Shown piece after piece: positions 1-15,687 of a stretch of DNA of 64,000 nt; the first letter of the stretch is position 1, and each line of letters begins with the position of its first letter. Position numbers and translations under genes: made by a program. Under the pieces are notes generated by a model, which was not told the DNA's origin, did no database searches, and saw nothing but the letters and a program-made list of their open reading frames with translations. The DNA is from the human T2T-CHM13v2.0 reference genome, Homo sapiens. The stretch is taken from the NCBI RefSeq assembly GCF_009914755.1, contig NC_060932.1; one strand, given 5' to 3'.

Positions 1-1437
1 TCTTTTTCAATCACCTCTGAAAAACACACTTCAGAATACCATCCAACACATTGGACTCAAGTTCATGGCAACTTAGCTGGTGACAGCCTCAGAAATAAAC
101 AAACAAAACAAATCCAAGTTCCCACAGTTCACAGCAAGTTATCTATGTTCTTATTTCTTCAAGACATCTTCCAAAATGAAAGATGTTTTTTTCCACCATA
201 AAACATATTTTATTGTCTACATGCTCTATGAGTAAAAGAGCATGAGTACACAGTCAAAAATCCTGCAATTTCATTAAAAAACTTAATGTAATAATAGGTA
301 TGCATTGCTTGCCACTAATTCCCAGGGTTAGTAAATATCTGGAAATAGTAGATATATGTTGTGAATAGTATTAAAAAGTAACATCCTTTTTTTACTCCAA
401 TATTATTCTGCTAGGCCAGCCATTTAAAAATAAAAAGTTTTTGGTCATGCCCCCCCAGATTATATTTATTTCTTCACTAATAGCTGACACTTTCTTTTGG
501 CCTTTTTCCCTATAAATCGCTAGTAAAATCAGTAATAATATATTGAAATTTGGATGCAAAATATATAGACAATGTACAATGCAAAATGTAAATTGGGACA
601 TGAAAAACGATTGAGTGGTCTCATTTTTAAATGTCAAGAAAATTGAAATTCTTTTTTTATAACAAGATAGTTCACAGATACTTCTTTCTCCAAAAACTGA
701 AAGTAGAGAGAACTTTTGAAAAGCAAGGGTGATTCACTAGCATAAATTTAGCAGAAAAAAAATTTATTTCATTCTGCCAGCCTTCCCTAGAGAAAGTAAT
801 AGAAAGCACAAGTAAGGAACAAGTCTAAGGCACCTTTAAATCCATTTCTTTTCCTTTGTCACAAAATCACAGTGCAGCCTGAATGACCTCGGAGCCAATA
901 CTTCCAGGTAAAAAATAAATAAATAAAAATAAAAATAATTGCTGAGATGAGTTCAAGTAAATAACATGTAAAATTAATATTCTCATTACAATCTTTTTAT
1001 TTTATATAAGTAAAAGAAGACTTGAAATATTCTCAACCTGATGATAATTATTACTTATATCCATAACATCTCTTTTGAGGACATTGCTGGAGAATGTAGA
1101 GCGAGAGAATAAACATAATCTTATGAGGCATAAAGCAAACTTTCCCACAATTGGGAATATAAAAAAAAATTCCCATTTGTTTAAACAGCAAGAATATTAA
1201 ATGAATCAGATAATCATAGAATTCTGAGGAGGGAGAAGATTTAGAAGTGTTTAAATGCAATCCTTCAATTTTCTTCAGCTAAATGACTATACATATGTTT
1301 TAAATAAAAAATTGAAAATCCTAATATTAACCTATCAAATCATTTTAACATTGACTTTATATTTTATTAAAGCATGAAATCAAGCAAAGAAGACCAATAT
1401 CTTCAATATTTTTTTCATGTACCGAATTGAGTCCTTT

Positions 1438-2208
1438 ATTTTTTTATTGATGAGTAATAAATGTACATATTTTCACGGAACAAATGATCACTTGATATAT
1501 TCATAAAATGTGTAAAGATCAAATCAGGGTAATTGGGCTATCTATCATCTTAAATATTTATCTTTCTTTTATGCTATGAACATTTGAATTATTTTCTTCT
1601 AGCTATTTTGAAATATATATTACATTACTGTTAACTATAGCCATCCTATTGAACACTAGGTCTTATTTTTTTAATTTAATTTGTACCCATTAATCTCTTT
1701 ATCCTCTCCTCCACTCTACACTTCGTGGCCTCTGGCAACTGCCAATCTGCTCTCAATCTTCCTAAGATTCACCTTTTTAGGTCCCATATATGCGTGAGGA
1801 CATTGTGACTTTTGTCCTTCTGTGATTGGCTTATTTTGCTTAACATAATGACCTCCAGTTCCATCCATGTGGCTGAAAATGACAGGATTTAGTTTTTTAA
1901 AGACTGAATAATGTTCCATTGTGTGTGTGTGTATACACATATACCACGGTTTCTTTATCTATCATCCATTGATGGGCATTTGGGTTGATTCCATATTTTA
2001 GCTATTGTGAATGGTGCTGCAACATACACGAGAGTGTAGATATCTCTTTGATATATTGACTAACTCTCCTTTAGATATGTACTCAGTAGTGGAATTGTTG
2101 GATCATATGGTAGTTCTGTTTTTTGCTTTTTGAAGAGTCTCCATATTGTTTTCCATAGTGGCTGAACTATTCACATTCCCACCAACAGTCTACAAAGGTT
2201 TCTTTTCT
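1438..2208 (-). mobile_element. 5'-truncated L1MA-type LINE-1 (3' end)
   Basis: T-rich tail followed by antisense L1MA 3'UTR/ORF2 end (AACATAATGACCTCCAGTTCCATCCATG, CATTCCCACCAACAG); degenerate TSD AATTGAGTCCTTT (1425) / AATTGAGTGTCTTT (2209). Confidence 0.88.
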
Positions 2209-2649
2209 AATTGAGTGTCTTTTGATATACTACCTACTACCGTCAATAGTGTTGATGCTATCTTCTCAAAAAATGGAATCAAAGTTGACATATTTTAAAA
2301 GTTTACTTGTCACTGAGCCTGCTTTTCATGACACTCACACTCACACTAGTTCCCAGAGAAATATTGTCACTCACACTCGTTTTGGCTTAATATGGTTAAT
2401 ATGATACTGTTAAGTCAGACAATGTTTGATCTGTTAGACTATTTTAATAAAAATGTGTTTGAGTTGTAAATCTGAAGAATCACAAGAAAAATACGAGGAT
2501 ATCTTTGGTTATAACTTTGCATGCATTCTGTTCAACAAAATTCCTGTTTTTCCTTAGTTCCTTTTAGGATCTTGACAGAGATATTTAATAGCACTTGATT
2601 TCATGGGAGTGATGTCTACACTACAGGATATTAGATTATAACTACAAAG

Positions 2650-2650
<1 letters not shown>

Positions 2651-2682
<32 letters not shown>
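2651..2682. repeat. (TG)16 microsatellite
   Basis: Perfect dinucleotide run. Confidence 0.97.
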
Positions 2683-2685
<3 letters not shown>

Positions 2686-3597
2686 ATGTGCATGTTTCAA
2701 AAAAGGTAAGGTGGTAAATTGAGCAGCCATGTGCCAAGGTCTATGTTGAATTTGACTTAGTCATGTATTCCCAAAAGCTTCATCTTTTTGTGAAATAGCC
2801 ATGCAGTCCTTGGATGTTTAAAAAGGAACCTGGATATTTAAAATATAATAAACTTACTTCTTGTGGCTGCCAGTTCACAAGTGAACTCAGCCTCTTTGTA
2901 ATATATTCTTTGAGGATAAAAATACGTTATAGACATGAAAGAAGAGACTTCCATGAACACCAGTGAAGTGTAGCAATGCCTGTTAAAAGCACTGTATCCG
3001 TCAATGTCACCTTTCAGAGTGTTCTTTGGAAAAGTTGTCAGTTTCTCATTTTCAGACAGTGATTCTTGTCCTATTCAACAACCATTTTTAAGTAACTCCC
3101 TGAATGTCTTTTCTTATGTTAGCTCTTTTCAAACCATTAGGATACATCAATGTACTGTTGAATACATCAATTTCCAAACCTCACAAAGTCAAGGAAAACA
3201 AAAGCATGCGTGACTGTCCCTTCTTTGAAAATGGCATCAATATAAATTTTAGAGCTCATAAAGCTCAGTGAGCTTATTCCATTTCATCTCTTTTTAGTTT
3301 GAGTAGTTTTTATGTGGATGAATTTTCTGACATGTTTCATGAACTTACTTTCTGACAGTTTCAGTAGGCTGCACAAACATTGTTCACCTGAAATGTGCTC
3401 ATTCCTATACTCCCTTTGCCTATTACAACTTTAAATAGCTCTTTTCTAGTCTCCTCAGAATAATTTTTGCATTCGCTATGCAGTACCCTTATTGTAGTAC
3501 ACTGGCATCTTTTGGATTTAATGAAAATTCCCAGCATAGGGATTTACCTTTCAAAATAAAATGCTGTGTTATATTTTATAGGATTATTTCTGTAAGT

Positions 3598-4200
3598 TAT
3601 TGTTTTGATATAATTTTTAACTTATAGAAGAGTAGCAAGAATAGTATAAGAAGCTCCATATATCCTTTACCCGGATTCACTGATTTACATTTTGCCCAAT
3701 TTACTTCATCATTCTTTCACTCTATCTGTAATTTTTTTCTTAACTGAGAGTAAATTGGAGATGTGCCTATTTACCATGAAATAATTATTTTTCTTAAGAA
3801 CAAGAACTTTCTTTTACATAACCACACGACAGTTCTCAAAATCAGAAATTTGAGCATTGGTACAACAATATTATCTAATTCACAGTTCATATACTGATAA
3901 TCACCAATTGCTTCATAAATGTCTTTTGTAGCTGTTTTTCCCATGAAGAATCAATTTGTCATCATGTATGTGTATATTTGCCATACTGCTTTAATTTTCT
4001 TTCATCCTCAGCCTTTATTTTTCTTTACCTTGACATTTTTGGAGAGTACAGGCCAGTTATTTTGTAGAATGTCCCTCAATTTGGTTTGTCTGATGTTTCC
4101 TCATGATGAGATTCAGATGATGCATTTTGTGCAAGAATACCACAGAAGGTTATGTGTCCTTCTCAGCACATCATGTTATAAAAAAATGATGCCAGTTTGT
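3598..4200 (-). mobile_element. Old L1MC4/L1ME-like 3' end fragment
   Basis: Motifs typical of antisense L1MC 3' ends, e.g. GAGTACAGGCCAGTTATTTTGTAGAATGTCCCTCAATTTGGTTTGTCTGATGTTTCCTCATGAT. Confidence 0.75.
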
Positions 4201-4849
4201 TCCAGCCAAGGTGTTTTCTACCTTTGTCTCTTGAATGGTAACTGAGTAACCCAGGTAGCCAAAAATGGAATGGCCAAATGCCATCTAGTTTGGAAGCCTC
4301 CTGAGTATGAGAAAAAAAGAAAATATTGATCCCATAAAATTAGAGAGAATATTCTTTTTTTCCAGCTTCAGAAAGTTCTTTCTTCTTTTACTTTATGTTT
4401 TGTTTTTATGTCTACGTACTATTGTTTTTCAACAAATACTCATTGTCTCTTTGCTAGGTGTAGATATTTTTCTGTGCCACACAAAATTAAGCATTTTCCA
4501 AACCATGGTTTCATTTTCTATCTTGAACAATTTGTTTCTACTCACCAAGACTATATCAAAATGTCTGCAATGAGATCACAATTTCTTTTTAATTTCCAGT
4601 TCAAATGAACATGTTTCAAACACAGTTCTGTCTTCCCGAATGCAATGCTTTGCTCCATTTACCACTCCTGTTGTGAAACCTCCCTAGATGTTTCTAGCTT
4701 CATTCCCTCCTGTGTCTATTCGTACATTTCTGATGGCTCGTATTCATTCTTTTCAGTTGGCCATTAACCCTCCCAAGTCATCACTTGACTCTTCTTCCTT
4801 AATTTCTTCCTAAATAATCCCTTCACCTTCTCTCAAATTAACATCTTTG

Positions 4850-5050
4850 GGTCTTAATTTTCCCTGGAACTCTAGACCCATATTTATAAGTGCCTTCTGG
4901 CAATTTCCACTTTGACATCTTACAACTACCTTGAAATCATCCCTACACCTGACTTCTAACCCTATTTCACTTCCTGTAATTCCTGTCCTGGTTAGTGGCA
5001 TCCAACCCACCTGCTTAATATTGAAACACAAGAATTGTATTTCTCCATCT
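4850..5050 (+). mobile_element. L2 fragment
   Basis: CTCTAGACCCATATTTATAAGTGCC...TTTCCACTTTGACATCT resembles the L2 core. Confidence 0.55.
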
Positions 5051-6304
5051 ACTCAACACATCGACGTTCTCCCAGCACTTGGGAATGTAACTCGCTGACA
5101 GCTCCCAACGGTGTTCCTCCCCAGGCATTGCCTTAAGCTGAAGGGAGCACTTGCTTTTGAGGTTGTGCTTTTCCCTGGGAACAGCTTATATCCACCCACT
5201 GCTCCTCAGGAATCCCCTTGCTTCAATTTAGAACATTGTGAGAGCATCCCCAAAGGATTGGCTGTGGTCTTTATTACAACTGCACCACAGTCAACTTCTC
5301 TATCTGCTGAATCGTGATGCCCTCACACTTTCTAAATCATTCTAAGATCACTAGCCAATAAATGGAAACTTAAAATCTCTCGGAGTCTCTTTCCAAGAGA
5401 AACCAAAATTTGAGACAGTCACTAATCTGCTGGACTTGGAGGGAATAGAATTTTATGATTTGGCAGAAAATTCTACCTATAACAGTGTTTTAGGTAAGAG
5501 GAGGATATTAGAGTCTTGTTTGATTCATGACAAACCATTGAGTAGCATCCTCACCCAAAAGCACTGATCTGAGTAAACTCACACACTTGCCCTGCTCCCA
5601 TCAAGGCAAGCAGCACTTTTATGCCATTCCTGAAATAGGGTTCACCTAATAACAGTAGGGCCTAAGCTTGGGAGCAATGAGGCTGTCCTGTGGCTTCCAC
5701 ACTTGCTTACCTATCTGTGAGGGCTCTGCTCCATGAGGTGCTTAGGTAATGCAACATTTTAAGATTCATTTTGAAGATACTTCCAGAAGTATCTTCCCAT
5801 GTAGTTCTGCAATGGTTGGTAATATATTTAAGCACTGCAATATCATGTCTCACTCTAAACAGATTTACAAAACTAAGAACTGACTCAGCATATGACTTCA
5901 AAAAATCAAGAAAGAAGTGAATTCTTAAATGCATTAATTATGAATTGTATTAAAAGTGAATTTCTACTGAATGTATGTTTACATTCAGATAATTTTGAAG
6001 CGATTCAGAAGGGCAACAAATTTATTATTATTTCTATTTGAAGTGTTTGATGATATTATATACAAACATGTATTATACTTAGGCATGATGAATTGCTAGA
6101 AAGTTAGCCGTTCTATTTGAGTATTTAAAATATATCTGAACATATAAATGGTCATCCTTCATATTTCTTGTCTGTACTGAAGCTTTTTTATTGAGGCCGA
6201 ATAAAGTTCATACCAAATCTTTTTGCTAGGTATGGTCTTTATCATCCTATGTCCAGCACATATGATTTTACAGTTTCCTTTTTCATAAAATTTATAGTTC
6301 ATAT

Positions 6305-6420
6305 TAATAATAGTTTTAAAATAGCACACATATTTTGAATACCTTATTTATGCCAGGCACTGTACCAAGCACAAACCATGGGGCTAGAATTCAGTCAAGT
6401 ATATTTTCTGACTCTTAAAC
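6305..6420 (-). mobile_element. MIR fragment
   Basis: AATAATAG...TATGCCAGGCACTGTACCAAGCAC and GGGCTAGAATTCA. Confidence 0.45.
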
Positions 6421-7888
6421 TATCTCAAAATTACCTTTATGAAAATATATAGATTTTATTGGAATCTGACATAAATAAAAAGTAAAAAAATATTCAGCAA
6501 GGGTTGAGTAGGTTCATTGCCATTAGGCAATTTTTTGTGGGGTTATTCCAGTCAATAATAAGTAACTAGCTTTTGCTTTTGAACAAGCTGTTAATTCTTG
6601 ACAAGGCTTAGAACTATATTTCTGTTCTATTTATTGTTTGCCTGAGAAATGTATCATTTCTGGGGTTTTTACGGATGTTTCTGTTTTTAATGGAAATGTA
6701 CATATATTTACATCATGTAACCATAAACACAGTGTGTCTGGGTGTGAAAATACTTGGACATAATAAATAATTTTTGAGGGGGAAATCACTTGTGCTAAGT
6801 TTTCTTAGTTACTATATGCAATATTTTTAATTCATACTGAATACATGTTTTTGATTTGTATTAAACGTATGTTTACTAAAAGTCTTTTTCTCTTCAGACT
6901 GAATGTAAAGTTTTACTACCATGAAGTTAAAATTTTTAAGAAATTGCTACATTCTCTGTTAAAGTTAGTATTCAGGGTCAATTTTCCTAGCACAGAACAG
7001 TATCCCAGCACCACAGATATAAAATAAAATATATGAAACATTCAGAAACGTCTGCCAGTCTCCAGTGAATACTCTGCAATCAATCTGTGCTATCATAAAA
7101 TAAGAATACAGGTCTTTGCTTAGAATTACTAGTGCACAGTATCTCATTAACTAACCCAGCCAATGAATTAGAGTCACTGAAAGGAGCATGATAGGACTTC
7201 GGGGGAATATAACCATTTTCCTCATTAAGTACTAACAAGCCAGTTCTCATACTTCCCTGATATCATTATGTTCCCTACATTTCTGCCCTGCCCATTAACT
7301 ATAATCCTAATAATCACCCCTCTGCCTATAGCAGCTTGTCTTTTTAATTTCCCTACTGTATCACTTTTGAACATATTTCCCTTGCAGTTACACATTTTCT
7401 TCCTTTGGCAAAACTGTCAATCCAAAATAATCTAACTTTTCATTTATGAGCCTGGTTGAATCTTTTAAGCAGCCCGGTAATAATGCATGTGGTTGAAAAT
7501 GTGACTGAATATAAAAGACACGACACTGTAAATTGGCACAATGATGAGGTGTATTAATAATGTCGGGATGTGTCCACATAGGATACTCTTCATGGTGGGA
7601 GAAGGCTGGCTAACTAGTCAGACAGGAAACCCCCCTGTGAGTTGGCAGGGAGCATTCTGTTTACACGAGTGACTATAATGATGCCTGTGCCAATGCTAGA
7701 AAAGATTCTCTCTCGGGTCTTAACAATAGGATATAAAAATTCTCTTGCAGAGATTACTTATATGCACAGTTGAGAGTGGACTGCCCATCAATTAAGTGGC
7801 TCTTCCTATTTAGAATGTTTTTCTTAAATTCTTGGTGTTTTCGAAGTTACATTAAATAGAAATACATGATTTATATTTGAGTCTGTGA

Positions 7889-8254
<366 letters not shown>

Positions 8255-9026
8255 TATGTCCTTCTTTCAATACAGGCTCTCTTCTCCTCCTTACCCTCCG
8301 ATTCTCTTTCAAACCTGTCTCTCTCAATGTAAGGATTAGTGCTCAAATTCTGTAGGTAGTTATGAACATTATAGGGTATCTACAGGGTGTCTGAATTCTT
8401 TCATAGAAGCAAAGCTCCCATATGTGAATTCTTTTGAATTATGAAAATCTTCGCAGCCTGTTTTACAAAGAGGAAATTCAACCTGGAGCTGAGTCATTTT
8501 TGTTTTTCTTTTACCGTTCTTCTAATTTATACAACGTTTGCACTTTGTGTGCTATTATTCCCAAGTGCAAAAGTACAAAAACATTATTAGTAAAGTTAAA
8601 TATCAGTTGACAGCTTGTATCATGTAACTTTCGTATCCTTTGTTGAGTGGTCATTTGGAAAAGACGATTCATTTTGTTTCCCTTGTTTTTGGAGGACACA
8701 TTTAGATATCCATATAGCTCACAGGAGGGCTGTCCAGAGTCTAGGAAACTGTGGAAGTAATCATTTGGCCTAAATTATTTAAATAGTTCCCATCATTTCC
8801 TGGATTTACTTTGGCTACAGACATCTTCTCCACATAAACCCAATAAATTATGGCCACTGATACTGAATAATACATGGTAAGTGACTAAAAAGCAATAATA
8901 TACCCATGAGTGGTTTGCATGAATGTTAAATAGCTAGTAGACATCACTTAGAAAATTTATTATTTAGCATGTTTACAAAGTACATTTATCACATTCTATC
9001 TTTTTATTTTTTATTAAAAAATTCTA

Positions 9027-9543
<517 letters not shown>

Positions 9544-11432
9544 AAAAAATTCTAATGATATATAAGATTTGTAAATATTTATGGGGTGCATGTGATTTTT
9601 GAAACACGCAGTACAATGCGTAATGATCAAATGATGGTATTTAGGATATCCATCACCTCGAATATTTATCAGTTCTTTCTGTTGGGACCATTCCAAATCT
9701 TCTCTACTTATATGACAACATACAACAAATTGTTGTTAATCATAGTTACAGTCGAGTGTTATCGAACAATAGAACTTGTTCTTTCTATCTAACCAAATGT
9801 TTGTACTCATTAACTAACCTCTCTGCATCCCACCCCCATAACCTTCCCAACCCCTGGCAACTGTCATTCTACTCACTACTTCCATGAGATCAAATTTTAC
9901 ATCCAAATTATGAGAGAGAAAATGCGATATTTGTCTTTCCGTGTGTGGCTTACTTCATGTAACACAATGACCTCCAGTTCCATCCATGTTGCTGCAGATG
10001 ACAATATTTTATTCTTTTTTGTGGCTGAATAGTATTCCAGTGTACCATAAAATCTTTGCCTAGAACAATGTCCTGAAACATTTACCCTACGTTTTCTTCT
10101 ACTAGTTGCATAGATTTGAGTCTTATGTTTAAGTTTTTAATCCACATTGAGTTGATTTTTCTATTTGGTGATATATAGGGATCTAGTTTTATTCTTCTGC
10201 ATATGGACATGAAGTTTTACCAGCACCATTTATTGTAGAAGGTATCCTGTCACCAGTGTGTGTTCTTGATGTCTTTGTCAAAAATCAGTTGACTGTAAAT
10301 ACATGCATTTATTTCTGGGTTTTCTATCCTGTTCCATGGTCTGTGTGTCTGTTTTTATACCAATACCCATGCTGTTTTGGTTGCTATAGCTTTGTATTAT
10401 ATTTTGCAGTCTGATAGTGTTATAGTTTCAGCTTTGTTCTTTTTGCTTGGTATTTACCTTGCCTGTTTGTGATCTTTAGTGGTTCCATACAAATTTGCAG
10501 ATTGCTTTTTCTATTTCTGTGAAGAATGTCACTGGGACTTTGATAAAGATTGCATTGAATCTGTAGATTTTTGGGGGGTAATATGGTCATTTTAACAATT
10601 TTAATTCTTCTGTTCCACAAGGATGGTGTTTTTCCAATTGTTTGCATTCTTTTCCATTTATTTCATCAGTGTTTTGTAGAGTTTCTTGTAGAGGTCTTTA
10701 GCCTCCTTGGTTAAATTCCTTCCTAGGTATTTTACATTTTCGTAGCTATAGTAAACAGAGTTGCTTCCTTGATTTCTTTTTTAGGTAGTTTTTGTTATTG
10801 GTTTATGGAAATGCTACTGAGTTTTGTATATTGATTTTGTATCCTGCAGCCTTAGCAAATTATTTTATCAGTTCAAACAGTGTTTTGGTAGAGCCTTTAT
10901 ACATAGAAAAAGCTATATAGCTTTTTCTATACATAAGGTCACATCTGCAAAGAGGGACAATTTAATTTTCTCTTTTCAAATTTGAATGCCTTTTATTTCT
11001 CTCTTTCCTGATTGCTCTGGTTAAGATGTACAATACTACGTTGAATAAAACTGGTGAAGGTGGGCATCCTTGTCTTGTTCCAGTTCTTAGAGGAAAGGCT
11101 TTCATCCTTTCTTCGTTCAGTATGGTGTTAGCTGTGGGTTTGTCATATATGGCCTTTATTATATTGAGTAATGATATTGCCTAATATGTTGAGAAAGGAT
11201 GTTGAATTTTACCAAATGCTTCTGCTGCATCTGTAGAGATGGTCATACATTTTTCACCATTCATTCTATATGATGTATTACTTTTATTGAATTTTGTATA
11301 TTGAACATTGATGGCTCCCTAGGATAAGTCCCACTTGATGGTGGTGTATTATGTTTGATGTGCTGTTAGATTCAGTTTACCAGTGTTTTGTTAAGGATTT
11401 TTCTGTCTATGTTCACCAGAGCTACTGGCCTA

Positions 11433-11437
<5 letters not shown>

Positions 11438-11486
<49 letters not shown>
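11438..11486. repeat. (TG)24 microsatellite inside old L1
   Basis: Perfect dinucleotide run. Confidence 0.97.
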
Positions 11487-11488
<2 letters not shown>

Positions 11489-12211
11489 CCTTGTCTGGTT
11501 TTGGTATCATAGTAATGCTAGCCCTATAGAATTCTGTACTTTAAAATTTCTGGAATAGTTTGAGAAGAATTGTATTAGGATTTCCTTACAAGTTTGGTAG
11601 AATTAAGCAGTAAAGTAATCTGGTCATGAGATTTTCTTTGTTGGGAGAATTTTTTTTCTTGTTTTTTTTTATGGATTCTAAATTATTACCTGCTATTTGT
11701 CTGTTTGTGTTTCTTTTTTCTTCTTGGTTTGATCTTGGTAGCTTGTATACGTTCACGATTTATTCATTTCTCCTAAATTTTCCAATCTGTTTTCACATAG
11801 TTGTTTCTAACAGTCTCTGATGATCCTTTGTATTTCTGTGGTATCAATTGTAATGTCTTCTTTTTTGTTTCTGATTCTGTTTATTTGGGTCTTTTCTGTT
11901 TTTTTTTTCTTGGTTAATATAGCTAGCAGTTTATCAATTTTATCTTTTCAAAAAATAAAATTTTGGTTTGATTTGTCCTTTGTTTTTGTTTTTTTTTTAA
12001 GCCTCTATTTTATTTAGTTCTGCTTTGATCTTTATTATTTCTTTCCTTCTACTAATGTTGGTGTTGCTTTGTTCTTGCTTTTCTTGTTCCTTGGGGTGCA
12101 TTATTAGGTTGTTTATTTGACATCTTTGTATTCTTTGATGTATGTGTTTGTTGCTATAAAATTTCCTCTTAGCATTGTTTTTGCTGTATCCCATAGGTTT
12201 TGTTATGTTGT

Positions 12212-12564
12212 TTTATTTGTCCATTTTCAAACTGCTATAAAGAACTTCCATGAGATTGGGTAATTTATAAAAGTAAGAGATTTAATTGACTCACAGTTCC
12301 ACATGGCTGGGGAGGCCTCAGGAAACTTACAATCATGGTGGAAGGTGAAGTGGAAGCAAGCACCTTCTTCCAAGGTGACAAGAAAGAGAGGAAGAGGAAC
12401 TGCCAAACACTTATAAAATCATCAGGGCTTATGAGAACAGCATGGGGAAAACTGCCCCTATGATCTAATCACTTCCCCCCCGGTCCCTCCCCTGACATGT
12501 GGGGATTATGGGTATTATAATTTAAGGTGAGATCTGGGTAGGGACACAGAGCCAATCCATATCA
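12212..12564 (-). mobile_element. THE1D/MSTA-like MaLR solo LTR
   Basis: GACTCACAGTTCCACATGGCTGGGGAGGCCTCAGGAAACTTACAATCATGG ... GGGACACAGAGCCAATCCATATCA; L1 sequence resumes on both sides. Confidence 0.92.
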
Positions 12565-15500
12565 GTGTGTTTCCATTTTTATTTAAGAAATATTTTATTT
12601 CTTTCTTAATTTCTTTATTGACCCAACAGTCATTCAAGAACATGTTGTTTAATTTCTATGTATTTGAACAGTTTTTACAGTTCTTGTTCTTATTCATTTC
12701 TAGTTTTATTCCATTGTGATGCCTGATGTGATTTTGATCATTTAAAATTTGTTGAGACTTCTTTTGTGTTCTAACATTTAGTCTATTCTGCAGAATGTTT
12801 CATGTGCTGATCAGAAGGTTGTGTGTTCTGCAGCAGTTAGATGGAATGCTTTGTAAATGTCTATTAGGTCTATCTGGTCTAAAGCACAATTTGAATCCGA
12901 TGTTTCTTTTCTGATTTTCTGTCTAGATGATTTGTTCAATGCTGAGTGGGGTGTTGAAGTCACCAACTGTTATTGTATTCAAGTCTATCACTTCCTTTAG
13001 ATTTAATAATATTTGATTTATCTATCTGGGTGCTCCAGTGCTCTGGGAACACGTATATTTATTGTATCCTCTTGTGAAATTGTTCCCTTTATCATTATAT
13101 AATGACTTTCTTTTTCCATTTCTACTGTTTTTGAATTAAGGTCTATTTTATCTTATATAAGTATAGCTCTTCCTGCTCATTTTCGGTTTCTGTTTGCGTG
13201 GAATATCTTTTTCCTTCACTTTCAGTCTATATGTGTCTTTGCAGATGAAGTGAGTTTCTTGTAGGCAGCCCATTGTTGGTCTTCTAAAAAATCCATTCAT
13301 CCAGTTTGTATCTTATAAGTGGGTAAATTAACCTGTTTATATTCAATGTTATTATTGTTAGATGAGGACTTACTCTTGCCATTTAAAAAATTTTTTTTGT
13401 ATGTTTTGTATATCCATTGTTCCTTTTTTCCTCTCATTGTTTATCATTGTGGTTTGGTGGTTTTCTGTAGTGGTAATATTTGAGTGCTTTCTCTTTCTTA
13501 TTTGTGTGTCTGCTCTACAAGGGAGTTTTTTCCTTTTGTGTAGTGATGGTAGATAGTGACCTTTGCTTCCAGATGTAGGGCTTCCTTAAACATTTCTTGT
13601 TTACCCTGTTGGGTTAATTCTATTTGTGGATTTTTGAGTTTCCTGAATCTGGATATCTATATCTCTTGCATGACTTGAGGGAAGTTTTCAGCTATAATTT
13701 TATTAAAAAGGTGTTCTACGCCTTTGCTCATGTCTTCACCTTCTGGAAAACTTAAGATTGAAACACTGGTCACATTATGATGTCCTATATTTGACGTAGG
13801 CTTTCTTCTTCCTTTTTAAAATATTTTTCTCTTTCATTTTTGTCTGACTGGATAATTTCAAAAGGCTTATCTTCATGTTCAGAAATTTTTTCTTATGCTT
13901 GTTTTTGTCTATTGTTGAAAGTCTCAATTATATATCTTATGTCTTTTATTGAATACTTCAGTTCCAGGATTTCTAGTTTATTTTCAATGATATTTACCTC
14001 TTGTGAATTTCTTATTCAGATTACAGATTGTTTTCCCGATTTAGGTATTGTTTATCTGTGTCCCTTTTCGGATATTTCACAGATTTCTTTTTTGTTGTAA
14101 TCTGTTGCTGGAGAATTACTGTGTTCTTTTTTGGAGGTATCGTATTTCCTTGCTTTCTTACATTCCTTGTATTGTTACGTTGATATCTGCACACCTGGTA
14201 TCACTCTAGCTTCTTCCAATTTTATGAATTGGCTTTTGTAAGGATAGAATTTTTCCTATAGGTGTATCTATGGTGTTTGTTGGGCGAGGTGCTTTGGCTT
14301 TGATTCTGAGTGCATGCAGTAGTGTAGCCTCCATTTGATTTCTTTTGCTGTAATCAGCATCAGTGGTGTCTGTGAGTTCTTTAGTGGCTTGGGTAGTGGT
14401 TGTTAATGGAGGCTACAGTGAGGCTTTTCTGGGAACAAGGATGTCAGGCGGTCTAGTCCTTGGACTCCAGTGGTCGTGGTGGTGGTGGGTAGAGGGTGCC
14501 AGTAGTCTAGCCTCCTGGCAGCACACACAGATGGACACCAGTGGTAGCAGGTCCAAGATGGCCAACTTTGGGGACTTCAGGGACTTACTCAGGTGTCAGT
14601 GGCAGCAGTGGGCCAGGTGAGTGGGTGTGTCCTTTGGGTGGTGTGCATGGCATGCCAATCCTCAGGTCCTTGATGACACATGGGCACTAGCTCAGAGTGG
14701 TGTGAAGCAGGGCCGGCCTATCCTCAGGCCTCTGATTGCGTGCATGGGTACAGGCTGTGGCAGAAGGGACTAGTTAATTCCCAGGCCTCCGAATGATGTG
14801 CATGGTCACTGGTGGGGACAGTGCATTGTGGGAAGGACCTGTCCTTGGACCCCTATATCCATGTGCACATGGATGTAGGCTGTGATGGGTGCAGCAGGTC
14901 AGTCCCTGGGTGACATACTTGGGCACTGTGTTGGCTGAACTAGGCCTTTTGCGAAGCCTGTTGATGGTGCGTTCACAATAAACAGAGAAGATCAATCCCC
15001 AGGCCCCTGGATGGTGCACTTGAGTTGCTGTGATGGTGGCAGTGGGTGGGGCAGGCCTGTTTTCAGATCCCTAATGATGCACATGTGTGCAGGCTGTGTT
15101 GGACAGGGCTGGTTAATCTCCAGGCCCCTAATGATGTACACGGCACTGGCAGGAGCAGTTCATATTTAGTCAAGCCTTTATATTAATGAAACAGAAAAAA
15201 ATGTGATAAACTGAAAACTGTTTATCGTAGTGATTCAAAAGTTTTAACAGGAGCAATTAGTTTCCAAATAACAGTATTCTTTAAAAAATAGTTAAATAGT
15301 ATGGTAAATACAATAGGCAGAAGTCAAAGTTCTATTTCTTTATGAATTCAATTTACCTAACTAATGATGTTATTCATATTTGATGTAACTGAAACTTCAC
15401 TTATAATGGGGTATTACACTTAAAAGCTATGACTACACAGAATCATGAAAATTGAATACAATTTGCATATCATGGATTGAAAAATGGAAAAACACAAATA

Positions 15501-15687
15501 ATCCTTTGATTAGTACTATATTGTAATATTAAATTGCATTATAAATGAGACACAAGAGAAAAGAAAAAAACTTACTCTCATTCCTGCCTCTCCAAAATAG
15601 ACATTGGTATTACTTTGGTGAACATCCTTTCAAATTTTTCCCATGCATATATGTTCTTATTGAATTACTACAGCAGTGTGTAAGTAT

